Positions 29,801 through 39,263 of a DNA stretch of 64,000 nucleotides are shown in pieces. Both the position numbers and the translations under genes were made by a program. This stretch comes from a virus. Lineage: Duplodnaviria > Caudoviricetes. Under the pieces are notes generated by a model, which did not search any database, was not told the origin of the DNA, and saw only the letters and a list, made by a program, of their open reading frames with translations. The DNA lies in IMG/VR virus record IMGVR_UViG_3300020432_000004. One strand, given 5' to 3'. Numbering within the stretch: the stretch's first letter is position 1; every line of letters begins with the position of its first letter.

Positions 29801-32800
29801 CAAGACAATATCATCTTGAACGCTGACAATAAGATGTTCAAGATACAGACTAATGGTTCTGTAGATAAATTTACAGTTGATTCTGATAATGGTAATACAG
29901 ATATACAAGGAACATTAATAGTACAGGGTCAAACTAGTATTATTGATTCACTTGTAATCAATGCTTCTAATGAGAACTTCTTAATTCAGAATGGTTCTGG
30001 TGTTAATAAGTTTACAGTTGATACAGACAATGGTAATACTAACATTGTTGGAACAATAACTGTTGGAAGTGCATCACAAATTAATTCTACTCTTGGTGTT
30101 ACTGGAGTTACAAGTCTAACAAATGCTGCAGACCAAACAATTACAGGAACATATGGTGCAGATGGTGGTGTAAGAATTAGCGGTGGTGTTGGAATTACTA
30201 AGAGACTTGCTGTAGGATCTGATGCAAGAGTATATGGTAATACCACATTATCAGGAACTGTAGATATTGATAATAATACTGATGTATCTGGTAAGTTTAA
30301 TATTAGTAATACTCAAGATGCCACAAGTTTTGCAGATAATTCTGTAGCATTTACTAATGATGGTGGTGCAAGAATTACTAAGAACACTTACATTGGTGGT
30401 GATCTTGTTGTTTATGACAACACTAACACAAGAGCTGCATTTACTGTTACTAATTTAACAGGAGATGGCGAGTTCCATAATGATCTTACAGTTGGAGGTA
30501 ACTTAATAGTCAATGGAGCAACAACTACTGTCAACAGCACGGTCACAACTCTCGATGACCCTGTTATTACTTTGGGTGGTGACACAGCACCAGTCTCTAA
30601 CGATGCTAAGGATCGTGGTGTTGAGTTCCGTTACTACGACGGCTCTGCTAAAGTTGGGTACTTCGGATTAGATAGATCATCCTTAGAATTTGCATTCTTA
30701 ACAGACGCTACTAATAATTCAGAGATATTTACAGGAACTGACGGTGCATTAAGAGTTGGTTCTATTCATGTTACAGGTGCAGGACAATCTGTTGACATTG
30801 ATTCAAATGCAAACATAGATGGAACTCTAACTGTAGATGGTCAAATTACATCTCAGGTATCATCAGGACCTGCTCTTGTTATTCCAACAACTGATAAGAT
30901 TAATAATCTAAACGCAGACCTATTGGATAGCATGACAACTGCGACTGCAAACACTGCATCTACAGTTGTTAATCGTGACTCATCTGGTGACTTTGCTGCT
31001 AATATTATCACTGTTGCATCTGGAACTGGATCAGGTGCAGGTATTCAAGGTAACGCAATTACTGCTGACGAATGGAAGACTGCTAGAACATTAACAGTTA
31101 ATGGTGTTGTAAACGGAAGTATAAGCATTAATGGTGGTTCAGATATTACACTTACAACAACATTTGATGATCCTGATATAACTGGATTATCTGGAATGAC
31201 TGGTACTGGTTATGTTGTAAGAACTGCTGCTAATACTTTTGCACAAAGAACCTTACAAGTTACAGGAAGCTCAGGTATAACACTTACCAATGCTGATGGT
31301 GTTCAAGGAGACACAACTATTAACGTTGCTTCTACACCTAACAATGCATCTGACAACTTAGTCTTACGTGATGGATCTGGTAACTTCTCTGCAGGAGAAA
31401 TAACTGCAGATCTAAGTGGTAACTTAATTGCTAATTCCAGTACAGCAAAAACAATAATTCCTGTTACTGATTCTGCTTGGAATCTAGGATCTAACTCTGC
31501 TAGATGGTTACACATTTATGGTGATAATATTACTGCAACTGATGCAACTATTACTAATATTAGTGGTGATTTAACTGGTAACTTAGTTGCATCATCTTCC
31601 ACAACTAAAACTATAGTTCCTTCACAGGCTTCTCAATGGTCTATAGGACATACTACTAACAGATACTCATACGTTTATTCAGATAACTTTATTGGAACTA
31701 CAGCACAAGTAGATGTAAATGGTGATCTAACTGGTAATTTAGTTGCATCTTCTAGTACTGCAAAAACAGTAGTTCCTGCTGCTAATTCTACTTGGAATCT
31801 AGGAGCAACTGCAAACAGATGGGCATATGTGTATGCAGATACTTTCACAGGAACTACTGGAAATATTGATCAGGTAAATGGTAATCTAAGTGGTAACTTA
31901 GTTGCATCAAATTCCTCAACTAAAAATATAATTCCTGCTACTGATAGCACTTGGAATATAGGATCTTCCACAAACAGATATGCATACATTTATGGAGATA
32001 GCCTTGTTGCTACTTCTGCAACTATTGATCAAGTAAATGGTGATCTAAGTGGTAACTTAGTTGGTAATTCTTCCACAACTAAAACTGTAGTTCCTGTTAC
32101 TGATTCTACTTACAACCTAGGATCAACTTCAAACAGATATGCATATGCTTATGCAGATAGCTTTGTTGGTGATACTGCAAATATTGGTCAAGTAAATGGT
32201 GATCTAGGTGGTAATTTAACTAATAACTCATCTAGTGCAAAAACTATAGTTCCTGCTGCTACTTCTACTTGGAATCTAGGATCAACTACAAACAGATGGG
32301 CATATACTTACTCAAATAGTTTTGTTGGTACTTCCGCAACTATTGATAGTATTAATGGTGATCTAGGTGGTAACTTAACTAATAACTCATCTACTGCCAA
32401 GACATTTGTTCCTGTTCAAGACAACACTTGGAATCTAGGATCTACCACAAATAAATGGGCATATGGATATATCAATACAGTAAATGGAGTTACAGGAACA
32501 TTCACTACATTGTCTGGTGATCTAGGTGGTAACTTAACTAATAATTCATCTACTGCAAAAACTATAGTTCCTGTCACAGGTTCTACTTGGAATCTAGGAT
32601 CTGGCACAAATAGATGGGCATATCTATATGTTGATACTATCAATGTTGCAAATGCTATTAGTGCTAACGTAACTGGTGACCTAACAGGTAATGCTGATAC
32701 TGCAACTGCCTTACAGACTGCAAGAACTATCGGTGGCACAACCTTTGACGGAACTGCTGATATTACTCCTGCTACTGCAACACAGGCAACAAACCTTAAC

Positions 32801-34342
32801 AACCATGATACTGATAGTTTATCAGAAGGTGCTTCAAATCTATACTACACAGAAACAAGAGTACAAAACAAACTTGATAATGCGTTTGCACAGTTACAAG
32901 CAATGTTGAATAATCTTGCTACTACAACTACATTGAAACTTAATCTATCAGGAGATCCAACACCTGGTGCTGTTGTATCTCTTGGATCTATTACAGCAAG
33001 TGGTCTTGGAGGATTTACTGCAGGAACTGACGTTGCAACTTCTGGATCAGCAACTGGAACTGGATTAACAGTTGATACAACTGTAGTTGATGGTGCAATT
33101 ACTGCTGTTGCCTTAAACCAAGGTGGAACAGATTACTTAATCGGAGATACTTTAACAATCACAAATGCTAATGCAGGTGGTGTTGCTACATTGAACCTTG
33201 GATCATTAGTAACTGGAACTGGTGGATTCAGTAATGCAACTGCTGTTGCAACAACTGGTGGATCAGGAACAGGATTAACTCTTGATACTACAGTAGATGC
33301 ATCTGGAGCACTCACAAACCTTACAGTGAACGCTGCAGGAACTGGTTATGCAAATGGTGAAACAATTACACTTACAAATCCTAATGCAGGTGGAGTAGCT
33401 ACAACAGATACTCTTGTCGTTGGAACTGGTTATATTGACGGAACTGGACTTGCAACGACTGGTGGTGGGGGAAGCGGTTTGACAGTTGATGTTACTACAT
33501 CAGGTGGTCAAGTAACTGGAGTTACAGTGAACGCTGCAGGAACAGGATATGCTGTTGATGACACCATTACCATAACCAACCCTAATGGTGGTGGAGTACA
33601 AACACTAGGATCTATTGCTACTGCAGGAACAGGATATGCTGATGGAACTGGTATCGCAGTTGTTGGAGGAGGTGGAACTGGATTAACAGTTGATCTCACT
33701 ACATCAGCAGGAGTAGTTACTGGTGTTGCAATCAATGCAGATGGATCTGGTTATGCAGCATCTGACGTTGTTACTATTGTAAATGCTAATGGATCAGGTG
33801 CTAAGACTCTTGGTTCTATTACAACAGCAGGAACTGGATACTCAGCAGGAACTGGAGTTGCAACAACTTCAGCTGGATCAGGAACTGGTCTAACAGTTGA
33901 TACTACAGTTGATGAAAATGGAGCAATAACTGCTGTTACAATCAATGATGATGGATCTGGTTATGCAGCATCTGAAGTTATAACTATTGCAGGGGGTAGT
34001 GGAACTGCTCAATTTACTGTGTCAGAAATACATGGTAATGGTTGTACAATTCCTATATCTGCTGTATTTGGCAATGATGCAACCTTTGATGTTGCAAGTG
34101 TATTTGTTGATGGTTCTATCAACATTGCTACTGTATTCACAGATGCAACATTCTCACTCGCTGACATCACAGCGATGGAAGTCGGTGCAACTCTAACAGG
34201 AGCAACTAGTGGAACTGTTGGAACTATTACTGCTATGGATAGCAGTTCTGTTACTGTTGATAATGTAGATGGATTCTTCAAAGTAGGAGAAACCGTTGGT
34301 GCTAATGATGTTACTAACTTGACTATTAATTCATTCGGATAA
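26828..34342 (+). CDS. Long tail/neck fibre protein (2504 aa)
   Basis: N-terminal RIQLRRG...NPTLAQGELGIELDTGRFKIGDG fibre anchor motif; several G/T/N-rich repeat blocks; upstream of g13. Confidence 0.85.
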   Translation: MANRIQLRRGGAQEWANANPTLAQGELGIELDTGRFKIGDGVSAWNTLRYERPVESISNTANTLVQRDADGNFAAGVITATLIGNASTAARLSSTRQITLSDDLSATGTFDGSQNLNLAAELSLVSTLPHYDGTSSSSGTYNKVTVDAKGRITAAQDFTTSNNGTLADYGLDGTVEGASAQPYDLDLVAVAGLTTTGIIARTSGGAMSTRTVTGTAGKIQINNGAGVNGNPTINLITTTVVPGDYNTESLTSVSAVGSNSEPFGTETVNAVKFTVDEDGRLQSSTNVPIATATEGSKYGAFNGATNYVRYNIIETGGKVYQAIQDISSGGVAPTHVDSSDANGWRYLAAAAVEQKGLASFAQEDFDVDSNGHVTIAPAGVDNTQMQNNRIGFADGNTVENFELDQELTATTGYRGFNYLNYVKVNNTSGSLLFGANNTGDSGNGEVDINVRTVFSDPDFMFDGAGTQQIDKTGDGDFNIELTQNTAVDRNLTVSSTNAGSGTSTLTLSAEDVVDIDATAATGKVHIETMRFQADHIGAVGDILIDPNDDRDVSGLVTIRGNLQVDGTTTTVNSTVTTLDDPIITLGGDTAPASDDGKDRGVEFRYYDSQARLGFFGYDDSYADLGGHSGGFRFLYDATNIGEVFTGTDAGVIAGNLKLTTNTNSTSNTTGDLVVAGGVGIGDDVNIGGTVDIDTNLRTRGTTRFDDEVVIQGASKNFIMKNGSGTAKITAGSTTGNITMEGILAVTGNVDVNTDKFNITASSGNTAIAGTLVVSDATTIKADNKFFKIQTAAAADKFTVDTDNGNTVISGELNVNSAVDLDTTLNVDGGATFQDNVTINADNKMFKIQTNGSVDKFTVDSDNGNTVIAGQLNVNSAVDLDSTLNVDNASTFQHNVTINADNKMFKIQNNSNSDKFTVDTDNGNTTIQGTVDIVGNTTLTNNFTVNGSQTTIGNANSDVLTVNADATFTDDLTVNATVDFDSTLNVDGQATFQDNIILNADNKMFKIQTNGSVDKFTVDSDNGNTDIQGTLIVQGQTSIIDSLVINASNENFLIQNGSGVNKFTVDTDNGNTNIVGTITVGSASQINSTLGVTGVTSLTNAADQTITGTYGADGGVRISGGVGITKRLAVGSDARVYGNTTLSGTVDIDNNTDVSGKFNISNTQDATSFADNSVAFTNDGGARITKNTYIGGDLVVYDNTNTRAAFTVTNLTGDGEFHNDLTVGGNLIVNGATTTVNSTVTTLDDPVITLGGDTAPVSNDAKDRGVEFRYYDGSAKVGYFGLDRSSLEFAFLTDATNNSEIFTGTDGALRVGSIHVTGAGQSVDIDSNANIDGTLTVDGQITSQVSSGPALVIPTTDKINNLNADLLDSMTTATANTASTVVNRDSSGDFAANIITVASGTGSGAGIQGNAITADEWKTARTLTVNGVVNGSISINGGSDITLTTTFDDPDITGLSGMTGTGYVVRTAANTFAQRTLQVTGSSGITLTNADGVQGDTTINVASTPNNASDNLVLRDGSGNFSAGEITADLSGNLIANSSTAKTIIPVTDSAWNLGSNSARWLHIYGDNITATDATITNISGDLTGNLVASSSTTKTIVPSQASQWSIGHTTNRYSYVYSDNFIGTTAQVDVNGDLTGNLVASSSTAKTVVPAANSTWNLGATANRWAYVYADTFTGTTGNIDQVNGNLSGNLVASNSSTKNIIPATDSTWNIGSSTNRYAYIYGDSLVATSATIDQVNGDLSGNLVGNSSTTKTVVPVTDSTYNLGSTSNRYAYAYADSFVGDTANIGQVNGDLGGNLTNNSSSAKTIVPAATSTWNLGSTTNRWAYTYSNSFVGTSATIDSINGDLGGNLTNNSSTAKTFVPVQDNTWNLGSTTNKWAYGYINTVNGVTGTFTTLSGDLGGNLTNNSSTAKTIVPVTGSTWNLGSGTNRWAYLYVDTINVANAISANVTGDLTGNADTATALQTARTIGGTTFDGTADITPATATQATNLNNHDTDSLSEGASNLYYTETRVQNKLDNAFAQLQAMLNNLATTTTLKLNLSGDPTPGAVVSLGSITASGLGGFTAGTDVATSGSATGTGLTVDTTVVDGAITAVALNQGGTDYLIGDTLTITNANAGGVATLNLGSLVTGTGGFSNATAVATTGGSGTGLTLDTTVDASGALTNLTVNAAGTGYANGETITLTNPNAGGVATTDTLVVGTGYIDGTGLATTGGGGSGLTVDVTTSGGQVTGVTVNAAGTGYAVDDTITITNPNGGGVQTLGSIATAGTGYADGTGIAVVGGGGTGLTVDLTTSAGVVTGVAINADGSGYAASDVVTIVNANGSGAKTLGSITTAGTGYSAGTGVATTSAGSGTGLTVDTTVDENGAITAVTINDDGSGYAASEVITIAGGSGTAQFTVSEIHGNGCTIPISAVFGNDATFDVASVFVDGSINIATVFTDATFSLADITAMEVGATLTGATSGTVGTITAMDSSSVTVDNVDGFFKVGETVGANDVTNLTINSFG
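29160..30055 (+). repeat. ~5 copies of the NADNKMFKIQ...DKFTVD(T/S)DNGNT repeat
   Basis: Visible in both translation and DNA (gctgacaataagatgttcaagatacag recurs). Confidence 0.85.
31406..32675 (+). repeat. 8 tandem ~53-aa fibre repeats (GDL.GNL...SS.AKTIVP....WNLGS..NRWAY.Y)
   Basis: Eight copies counted at a ~159-nt period. Confidence 0.9.
32960..34170 (+). repeat. 5 nested GTGLTVD...GTGY repeats followed by 5 stacked closing strands
   Basis: Five ~70-aa units, then TAQFTVSEIH / GCTIPISAVF / DATFDVASVF / DGSINIATVF / DATFSLADIT. Confidence 0.8.
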
Positions 34343-34348
34343 TAACAA

Positions 34349-35155
34349 ATGTCTGCTACTAGACCCTCAAGTAAAACTGAATTAAAAGACTATGCCCTTC
34401 GTAGATTAGGTTATCCTACGATTGACATAAACGTCGCTACTGAGCAGTTAGATGACTTAGTAGAAGAAGCTATTGATTACTACCAAGAATATCATTATAA
34501 CGGAAGTTATAAAGCATTTCTTAGAATAGAAGTAACCGAAGCAATAAAAAATAATGCACAAGCATACTCTCAAGAAGGTTCTAGTGCATGGTATGGAATT
34601 AATAATTATGTTGATACTGCACCTGGCACATTAGGTATCAATCATGTATATACAAGTATTGGTGCATCTAGTATAGTACCAGGAAATATTTTTAATATTA
34701 AATATCAGATATTTTTGAATGACATCTATGCTATGACGCATGGACATATTTTACACTACTTCTTAACCTCACAATATCTTGAAACTCTTGATTGGATTAC
34801 TAACTCACAGGCAAATCGTAGAGTAAAATGGAACGAACATCAAGGTAGATTATATCTTGATATGGATTGGAGTGACTTTGAAGTTGGTGACTACATACTA
34901 GTAGACTGCACAATGAGGCAAGATCCAGATACATATACAGGAATGTATAATGATAACTGGTTAAAGGATTACGTTGAAGCACTATTCCAACAACAGTGGG
35001 GTAGGAACTTAAGTAAGTATGATGGGATTCAAATGCTAGGTGGTGTTACCTTAAATGGTAGACAGATCCTAGAAGATGGATCAACTTTCAAATCAGATCT
35101 TGAAAAAGAACTTCGTGATCGTTACGAAATTCCACCTATGGATATAGTGGGGTAA
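34349..35155 (+). CDS. g13: Neck protein gp13
   Basis: LKDYALRRLGYP..INV, QWGRNLSKYDGIQMLGGVTLNG. Confidence 0.95.
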   Translation: MSATRPSSKTELKDYALRRLGYPTIDINVATEQLDDLVEEAIDYYQEYHYNGSYKAFLRIEVTEAIKNNAQAYSQEGSSAWYGINNYVDTAPGTLGINHVYTSIGASSIVPGNIFNIKYQIFLNDIYAMTHGHILHYFLTSQYLETLDWITNSQANRRVKWNEHQGRLYLDMDWSDFEVGDYILVDCTMRQDPDTYTGMYNDNWLKDYVEALFQQQWGRNLSKYDGIQMLGGVTLNGRQILEDGSTFKSDLEKELRDRYEIPPMDIVG

Positions 35156-35159
35156 TTAA

Positions 35160-36086
35160 ATGGCTATCTCAAACACACCTGCACAAGATTACGTACAGTC
35201 TGATTATTCTCATAGTGCACGTTTTAAAGCAAACGGTTCTGCACAAGAGCAAAAGTTCATTGAAAACCTAGTAGTAGAAAGCATTGAAATCTATGGTCAA
35301 GACATATATTATGTTCCGAGGACTATTGTCAACCGCGACACAGTTTTCGGAGAAGATTCTGACGGAAAGTTTGAATCAGCTAAACCAATCAGAGCCTACG
35401 TCAATAATGTCGAAGGATGGGAAGGACAAGGTGAGTTACTTACAAAATTTGGAATACGTATCGAAGATAAGACGACGTTTATATTCTCCCGTGAAAAGTT
35501 TAAAGAAAAAGTGGACGACTCTACAACACTTAATGTCGAAGGACGACCAAACGAAGGGGATCTAATATGGTTTCCTATAACTAAACATTTATTTGAAATA
35601 CAATTTGTAGAAGTAGAAAGACCATTCTATCAGTTAGGTAGAAACTTTGTATGGGAATGTCAGTGTGAACTCTTCGAGTACAGTGACGAAGCGATTGATA
35701 CAGGCATTGCAGAACTAGATGCTATCGAAACTGCATTTGCAAATGCTATTACAGTAGGTCTTGCTACTGGTGGTAGCGGTGACTTTACAGCAGGTGAGAC
35801 TGTTACAGGTGGTTCATCTAATGTAACTGCTGAAGTTAAGTCTTGGGATTCTGCTACTAGAACTCTTATTGTTATAAATCGTTCTGGAACATTTACTGTT
35901 CCCGAAACCATTACTGGTGGAACATCTAGTGCGTCTTGGACAACCGCATCTTATAATACTATAGATAATAAGAACATCGAGTACGATCAAAACATGGAGT
36001 TTGAGACTGCTGATGATGATATTATTGACTTCTCCGAATCTAATCCATTTGGAACTGTTGGAAACACTACTGACTTGACAATCTAA
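35160..36086 (+). CDS. g14: Neck protein gp14
   Basis: ESIEIYGQDIYYVPR, RPNEGDLIWFP, FSESNPFG. Confidence 0.95.
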   Translation: MAISNTPAQDYVQSDYSHSARFKANGSAQEQKFIENLVVESIEIYGQDIYYVPRTIVNRDTVFGEDSDGKFESAKPIRAYVNNVEGWEGQGELLTKFGIRIEDKTTFIFSREKFKEKVDDSTTLNVEGRPNEGDLIWFPITKHLFEIQFVEVERPFYQLGRNFVWECQCELFEYSDEAIDTGIAELDAIETAFANAITVGLATGGSGDFTAGETVTGGSSNVTAEVKSWDSATRTLIVINRSGTFTVPETITGGTSSASWTTASYNTIDNKNIEYDQNMEFETADDDIIDFSESNPFGTVGNTTDLTI

Positions 36087-37117
36087 TGCTAGGAACATAC
36101 GCTTACCACGAAATATTCAGAAAGACCATTGTTGGTTTTGGAACTCTCTTCAATAATATTGAATTGAGAAGACAGAATGAGGTTATGAAAGTTCCTCTTG
36201 CATATGGTCCTAAACAAAAATTCTTAGCACGTTTAGATCAAAACCCTGATCCTACAAATAAAAGAGTACAAATAACATTACCTAGAATTTCTTTTGAAAT
36301 TGCAGGTATGAGTTACGATCCTACAAGAAAAGTATCTCCTACTCAAAAGATAAAGATATCAAAAGACGTAGATGAAAATTATAATACTTACATGCCAGTT
36401 CCATATAATTTAGATTTTGAACTAGCAATTATTTCTAAGAACCAAGATGATGGTCTACAAATTTTAGAACAGGTATTACCTATATTCCAACCTCATTATA
36501 ATCTACCAGTCAAGTTATTGTCTGCAATGAAAGAGATAAAGGATGTTCCTGTAGTTCTACAATCTATAGACTATGAAGATGATTATGAGTCAGACTTTAC
36601 TTCTCGTAGAGCAATCATCTATACACTAAGGTTTACTGCAAAAACATATCTATACGGTCCTGTTACAGAACACAAGATCGTCAGAAAGGCAAAAGTCGAT
36701 TACTATTCATCTACAAATACAACTACAGCACCAAGACAGGTTCGTTATACTACTACACCAGAGGCATGGACTGATAAGGATGGAACTGTAGTAACTACCT
36801 TGTCTGCTAATATTACTGCTGCAACTACTAACATTCCAGTTGCAAGTGCAACAGGTGTTGCTAAGTGGGATGATCTTTATATTGGTAGTGAGCAGATGAA
36901 AGTTACTGGTATAACAGGTAATACTGTTCATGTACAAAGAGGTCGAAATGGAACTGTAGCAGCAACTGCAGTAGGTGGAGCAAACGTATTTAAACTTGAT
37001 GCAGCTGATGACGCATTAGTCACTGCTGATGATGATTTTGGTTTCAATGAAACTACATCATTCTTCCAAGACATGAAGAAATACAACCCTGTGAGTGGTC
37101 AAGATGAATCCATTTGA
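36086..37117 (+). CDS. g15: Tail sheath stabilizer/terminator gp15 with inserted C-terminal beta domain
   Basis: FGTLFNNI, KVPLAYGPKQKFL, LPRISFE, PVPYNL, LQILEQVLP. Confidence 0.95.
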   Translation: MLGTYAYHEIFRKTIVGFGTLFNNIELRRQNEVMKVPLAYGPKQKFLARLDQNPDPTNKRVQITLPRISFEIAGMSYDPTRKVSPTQKIKISKDVDENYNTYMPVPYNLDFELAIISKNQDDGLQILEQVLPIFQPHYNLPVKLLSAMKEIKDVPVVLQSIDYEDDYESDFTSRRAIIYTLRFTAKTYLYGPVTEHKIVRKAKVDYYSSTNTTTAPRQVRYTTTPEAWTDKDGTVVTTLSANITAATTNIPVASATGVAKWDDLYIGSEQMKVTGITGNTVHVQRGRNGTVAATAVGGANVFKLDAADDALVTADDDFGFNETTSFFQDMKKYNPVSGQDESI

Positions 37118-37532
37118 AGGACTAGATAAGACTTTCGGAACTGAACCTTCCGAACTTAAAAAACATGTAGAAAAGGTAAAACCATCACTAAAGAAAAGTG
37201 AGCAAGAGGACATAGTAAAAGACTATGAAGCATCTCGTGCTCAACTACATAACTTAGTGATGAAAGGACAGGAGGCAGTCGATGGAATACTTGACGTGGC
37301 AAGAGCGTCAGATCATCCTAGAGCTTATGAAGTGGCAGGTCAACTTATTAAAAATGTAGGTGATGTTGCTGATAAGTTAATTGATCTTCAATTAAAAATA
37401 AAAGAATTAGATAAAGAGGAGAAGAAAGGACCTACGAATGTTACTAATGCCATGTTTGTAGGTAGCACATCGGATCTTCAAAAAATGTTAAAGGCACAAA
37501 AGAACATAAATAAAGATACTGAAACAACATAG
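37104..37532 (+). CDS. g16: Terminase small subunit gp16
   Basis: DYEASRAQL, HPRAYEVAGQL, FVGSTSDLQK; ATG 37104 preferred over GTG 37095. Confidence 0.92.
   Translation: MNPFEGLDKTFGTEPSELKKHVEKVKPSLKKSEQEDIVKDYEASRAQLHNLVMKGQEAVDGILDVARASDHPRAYEVAGQLIKNVGDVADKLIDLQLKIKELDKEEKKGPTNVTNAMFVGSTSDLQKMLKAQKNINKDTETT
37505..37512 (+). promoter_or_regulatory. Late promoter (CATAAATA)
   Basis: In the g16 3' end, upstream of ORF 37541. Confidence 0.65.
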
Positions 37533-37540
37533 ACACGACA

Positions 37541-38077
37541 ATGACAGTACTTAATGTATTAAGCACTAACACTATAGCAGCAGGAGCAACTGAATATCAG
37601 GTGATCCAGACTGGATTCTATAGAGTTGGTTCCACTGCAGGTGCAGCAACTGTAACCTTTGGTAGTGGTCCTGCAATCACACTTGTGCAGAATGAGTTCA
37701 TTCTTGTAAAAGGTGGTAAGCCAGGTCAAGCACAAATTATAAAGGCAGTCTCAGATTCTACTGGAGATTACTTTGTTGGACAACATCTACAAGATAGTTC
37801 TGCCAACCATCCATTCTCTGTAGGAGATTTTATCGCTGTTGTAGATAACGGTACTAGTCCTTCCATAGACAGTAACTTCTTATCAGCAGGAACGGCAGGT
37901 AAAAAAATAACTGCTGCAAATAATGTTAATATGTTAAGCACAGATATTGATTCATCAAGTGCGTCTGCTGATTATACATATTCATCAGGCAATAAAGCAC
38001 TAGTTCAACGCTGCGTAAAAATCGCTGCTGCTACCAGTGCGGTTATCGTAGAAGAAGTGCAAGTAGTTGGTGGGTAA
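37541..38077 (+). CDS. Hypothetical (probable virion) protein
   Basis: 178-aa ORF rich in beta-formers and small residues, downstream of a late promoter. Confidence 0.7.
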   Translation: MTVLNVLSTNTIAAGATEYQVIQTGFYRVGSTAGAATVTFGSGPAITLVQNEFILVKGGKPGQAQIIKAVSDSTGDYFVGQHLQDSSANHPFSVGDFIAVVDNGTSPSIDSNFLSAGTAGKKITAANNVNMLSTDIDSSSASADYTYSSGNKALVQRCVKIAAATSAVIVEEVQVVGG

Positions 38078-38910
38078 TGGAAACCTGTAAAAAGGGACAA
38101 TACTATTGTAACACTGATAAAAAGTGTAAACCTATTCCTGATGGACATACAGTTCGTGAAGATGGGTTTCTAGTGAAAGAGGCGAAGAAGTACTACGGTG
38201 GTAAGAACACTAAACCTAAAGGGTTTGGAACTGACCAACGAGGACCTATCAATCAAGAAGCGGAACGTATTGTTCGTGGTATGAAAGCGAAGAGTGCAGG
38301 TCGTTTTAAAAAATTATATGGGAAACGTGATAAGGAAGTAATGTATGCTACCGCTAACAAGTTGGCACAAAAAGAACAATTAAAAGTTATGTATTATCAG
38401 GATTTCATCAAATTAGTAGAAGGTAATCCTACAACACGTATGTTAACTAAGTCTAAGACAAAACAGACTGGTAATATAAGTGCTGATAGGGGATCTGATG
38501 AGAAAACAAATCGAGAAAAACGCAAAGGTCTCGAAAAAGATTTAAAGAAAAAAGGCATTGGTTACAAAAAAGGTGTAGGAGAGTATAAATACAAATCCGA
38601 TGATGGCAAAGAAGGTACAGGTCGTGAGGTTACATACCAAACAAGTCCTGGCAAAGGAATGTCAAAACGTAGATTCGGAAAAGTAATGCGTCGTTTAGGA
38701 CGCAAGCATGGTCAAGAGTCAGTCATTACAAAAGACAAAGACAAACCTGCAAGACTACACGATACACAAAGTAAAAAACCAGGCAAATCTGCAAATCTAG
38801 GGAAATCCAATCCAGGTAAAAATCCAAAGGGCGAAGGCGAGACATCAGGAACCAAAATTAGAAGTGGAAAATTACCAAAAACAAACAAAAAAGCGTATCA
38901 CTACAATTAA
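38077..38910 (+). CDS. Highly basic hypothetical protein, possible capsid-internal protein
   Basis: Lys-rich; Cys-rich N-terminal motif CKKGQYYC...KKCKPIP; coupled start (TAATG). Confidence 0.75.
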   Translation: METCKKGQYYCNTDKKCKPIPDGHTVREDGFLVKEAKKYYGGKNTKPKGFGTDQRGPINQEAERIVRGMKAKSAGRFKKLYGKRDKEVMYATANKLAQKEQLKVMYYQDFIKLVEGNPTTRMLTKSKTKQTGNISADRGSDEKTNREKRKGLEKDLKKKGIGYKKGVGEYKYKSDDGKEGTGREVTYQTSPGKGMSKRRFGKVMRRLGRKHGQESVITKDKDKPARLHDTQSKKPGKSANLGKSNPGKNPKGEGETSGTKIRSGKLPKTNKKAYHYN

Positions 38911-38995
38911 GAACGCTATAGAAGACCTACAAAAAGAACATGATGAAGGCTGTTGTAAGCAACCGTCTTCAAAGCAAAACAACAAAACCATTTAG
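38864..38995 (+). CDS. Possible 43-aa hypothetical protein
   Basis: GTG-start ORF (VENYQKQTKKRITTIKNAIEDLQKEH...) that fills the gap before the next late promoter. Confidence 0.3.
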   Translation: MENYQKQTKKRITTIKNAIEDLQKEHDEGCCKQPSSKQNNKTI

Positions 38996-39006
38996 GTATT
39001 TTTGCT

Positions 39007-39014
39007 TATAAATA
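39007..39014 (+). promoter_or_regulatory. Late promoter (TATAAATA)
   Basis: Exact T4 late consensus upstream of the PTOX cluster. Confidence 0.8.
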
Positions 39015-39039
39015 ATTGTGTAATGGAGTTGAAACTATC

Positions 39040-39261
39040 ATGTCCCACTACACGGTTGGTTACCATAATAACCTAAATCAGCATTTTGAAATATGCGAGT
39101 ACGCCGATACCGCATATGACGCAATAGAACACAGTAAAGAGGATGTCTCGTATCTACACGAGCATCCTTCTTTTATTGATTATTGCAAACAAATTCCAAT
39201 CCGAACAGAGGTAGATAACGTCTTCCTTTCTAGGGCATGTGGAATACCAATGGGGTGTTAA
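39040..39261 (+). CDS. Small hypothetical protein (MSHYTVGYH...EICEYA), cyanobacterial/cyanophage type
   Basis: ATG 39040 preceded by GGAG and the late promoter. Confidence 0.7.
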   Translation: MSHYTVGYHNNLNQHFEICEYADTAYDAIEHSKEDVSYLHEHPSFIDYCKQIPIRTEVDNVFLSRACGIPMGC

Positions 39262-39263
39262 CT

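Noticed and set aside
26828-34342. Diversity-generating retroelement or CRISPR-like array in the fibre repeats
   Set aside because: The repeats are in-frame, degenerate protein repeats. There is no reverse transcriptase, no adenine-specific TR/VR pair and no identical repeats with unique spacers.
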